This document shows, in pieces, positions 62,626 through 64,000 of a stretch of 64,000 nt of DNA. The notes beneath the pieces are model-generated. The model saw only the letters and a list, made by a program, of their open reading frames with translations, ran no database searches and had not been told where the DNA came from. How positions within the stretch are numbered: position 1 is the first letter of the stretch; each line of letters opens with the position of its first letter. The DNA lies in assembly GCA_973895155.1 (NCBI GenBank), contig OZ316891.1, positions 2,223,324 through 2,287,323 of the forward strand. The letters are read 5' to 3'. Source of the stretch: Marsupella aquatica (taxonomy: Eukaryota > Plantae > Marchantiophyta). The position numbers and the translations under genes are program-made.

Positions 62626-64000
62626 AGCTCACTCGATGGGCAGCTGGGATCAGCTTAGCAGCTATTGCGAGCGAGTGATCAGTGATGAATTGTGCTTCCA
62701 TGAATCATCATCAACTTACTTGGGCAACTGCATCAGTGATGAATAAGTGAGTGAGTGAGTGAGTATTTGCGAGGCTGTTAAATTAACGGTTCTATGGACT
62801 CTCTACCTATCGTTATCTCCATAGATATGCCGTATCCATGCACTATGGAGGACAATACACGGTTACGGTCCATTTTGGTTGTAAAAATACTAGACTAACT
62901 AGGCTGGCAGACTGTAGACTACTGTACCGACAGTGTCTCCCTATTGTCTCCCTTATTGCCCCCGGTTTATTTATGGGCATTGTTCTAGAGCTATTGCATG
63001 TTAGTTGGATTGCTGTAGTAGATATTTTACAATATCTTTGTCATTGCCTCGCAGGATTTTGTAACCTAGAAGGAGAGCTGCTATCTAGAGGACGGGTGCT
63101 TGCTCTGAGATTCTCGCTTGTGGCAAGTTCCCATTGCATCAGTTGATTAAGTAATTGAATTCTTGCTCAAGTTTTTTCTAGAAGGGGTTGCCTTAGTTTA
63201 CGTGTGTACTAAAATGTAACTTGCATCTAATGCTTCTAGAATCTCTCTACATGACTTTTTAATATCTTTTCTTTGATGTTGTTCATGTGGTCAGCAGTTG
63301 CTATGCAGTAAAATTTGGTTGGGTGTTCAACAGAGTACTTGGAGCAGGGCCAGAGAGGTTAGTGGTCACCTATTAATCTCCATTTTTTTGCTACCTCATT
63401 TTTCTTCCTTGCATTTTGAACTTGAGTATGGGCTTTAACGACAGGGTATGTTGGCATTTGGCAAATTATGGTAAGAGTAGATAGATATGTTCTTTATGTT
63501 TTCCTTTCAGTTTTGTCTTTCTGCTATTGCAAGTGTGGGTTTGCAGGTTTCTTGAATTCAAGTGAGACCCCAGGGAAGTAATGTCCCTGGTGGAGACTAC
63601 TGGATTTTATCACCAGTTGTCTAGCGCTCCTTGAAGGAGAGGCAGGTTGCCTGGGAGAGGGGGGGCCTTGGATTTGATCACCAATGGCAATGAGAGTTAG
63701 AGCCAGTCATATAGTTTGGGTGGTCCAAGGTGTATGCTCTAAGTCAGAACTTTTTGAGTGAGTCAATGAATTAATTTACAGGGCACACCATGTTGGAGGA
63801 GGTGGAGGGCCTGGCCCCGACTGCACATGTCTAGCAGAATTGGACATTTGCAAATCCCATACCTTTTTGTGCTTACATTGAAGCAGGAGTCCTTGTTAGC
63901 AAAGGGTACGTCCCTTCCCACCCGACTATAGTCGGAGAAAGCTGCATGGATCTTACCAGCCAATCACTAGGAGAAATGGCCGGGATGGGGCAAGGCTCTC

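Overview
Plant nuclear, transposon-dominated window with no recognisable intact host gene. The centre (20202-48852) is a three-element nest whose borders are all fixed by termini plus target-site duplications (TSDs). (1) An outer CACTA/En-Spm element (TSD CAA) has a minus-strand Tnp2 transposase and a divergently oriented plus-strand TnpA-like gene. (2) A second, different CACTA element (21199-36240, TSD GTC) is inserted into the last coding exon of the outer transposase and carries a 7x408-bp tandem array. (3) A 3,980-bp TG...CA solo-LTR-like insertion (43589-47568, TSD AACAC) sits in an intron of the outer TnpA-like gene and itself holds an ~870-codon interrupted ORF behind a TATA box. The most striking observation is a SET-domain (lysine methyltransferase-like) coding segment (about 39757-40600) inside the first intron of the outer CACTA transposase gene, directly downstream of the exon encoding the transposase-associated Cys/His domain. 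The flanks contain a CTCGGGGGT-ended MITE family with 8-bp TSDs (partly self-nested), a TIR element rich in the palindrome CGATAAATTTATCG, small tandem duplications and decayed coding-like remnants. All domain calls are motif recognition by eye, not database searches.
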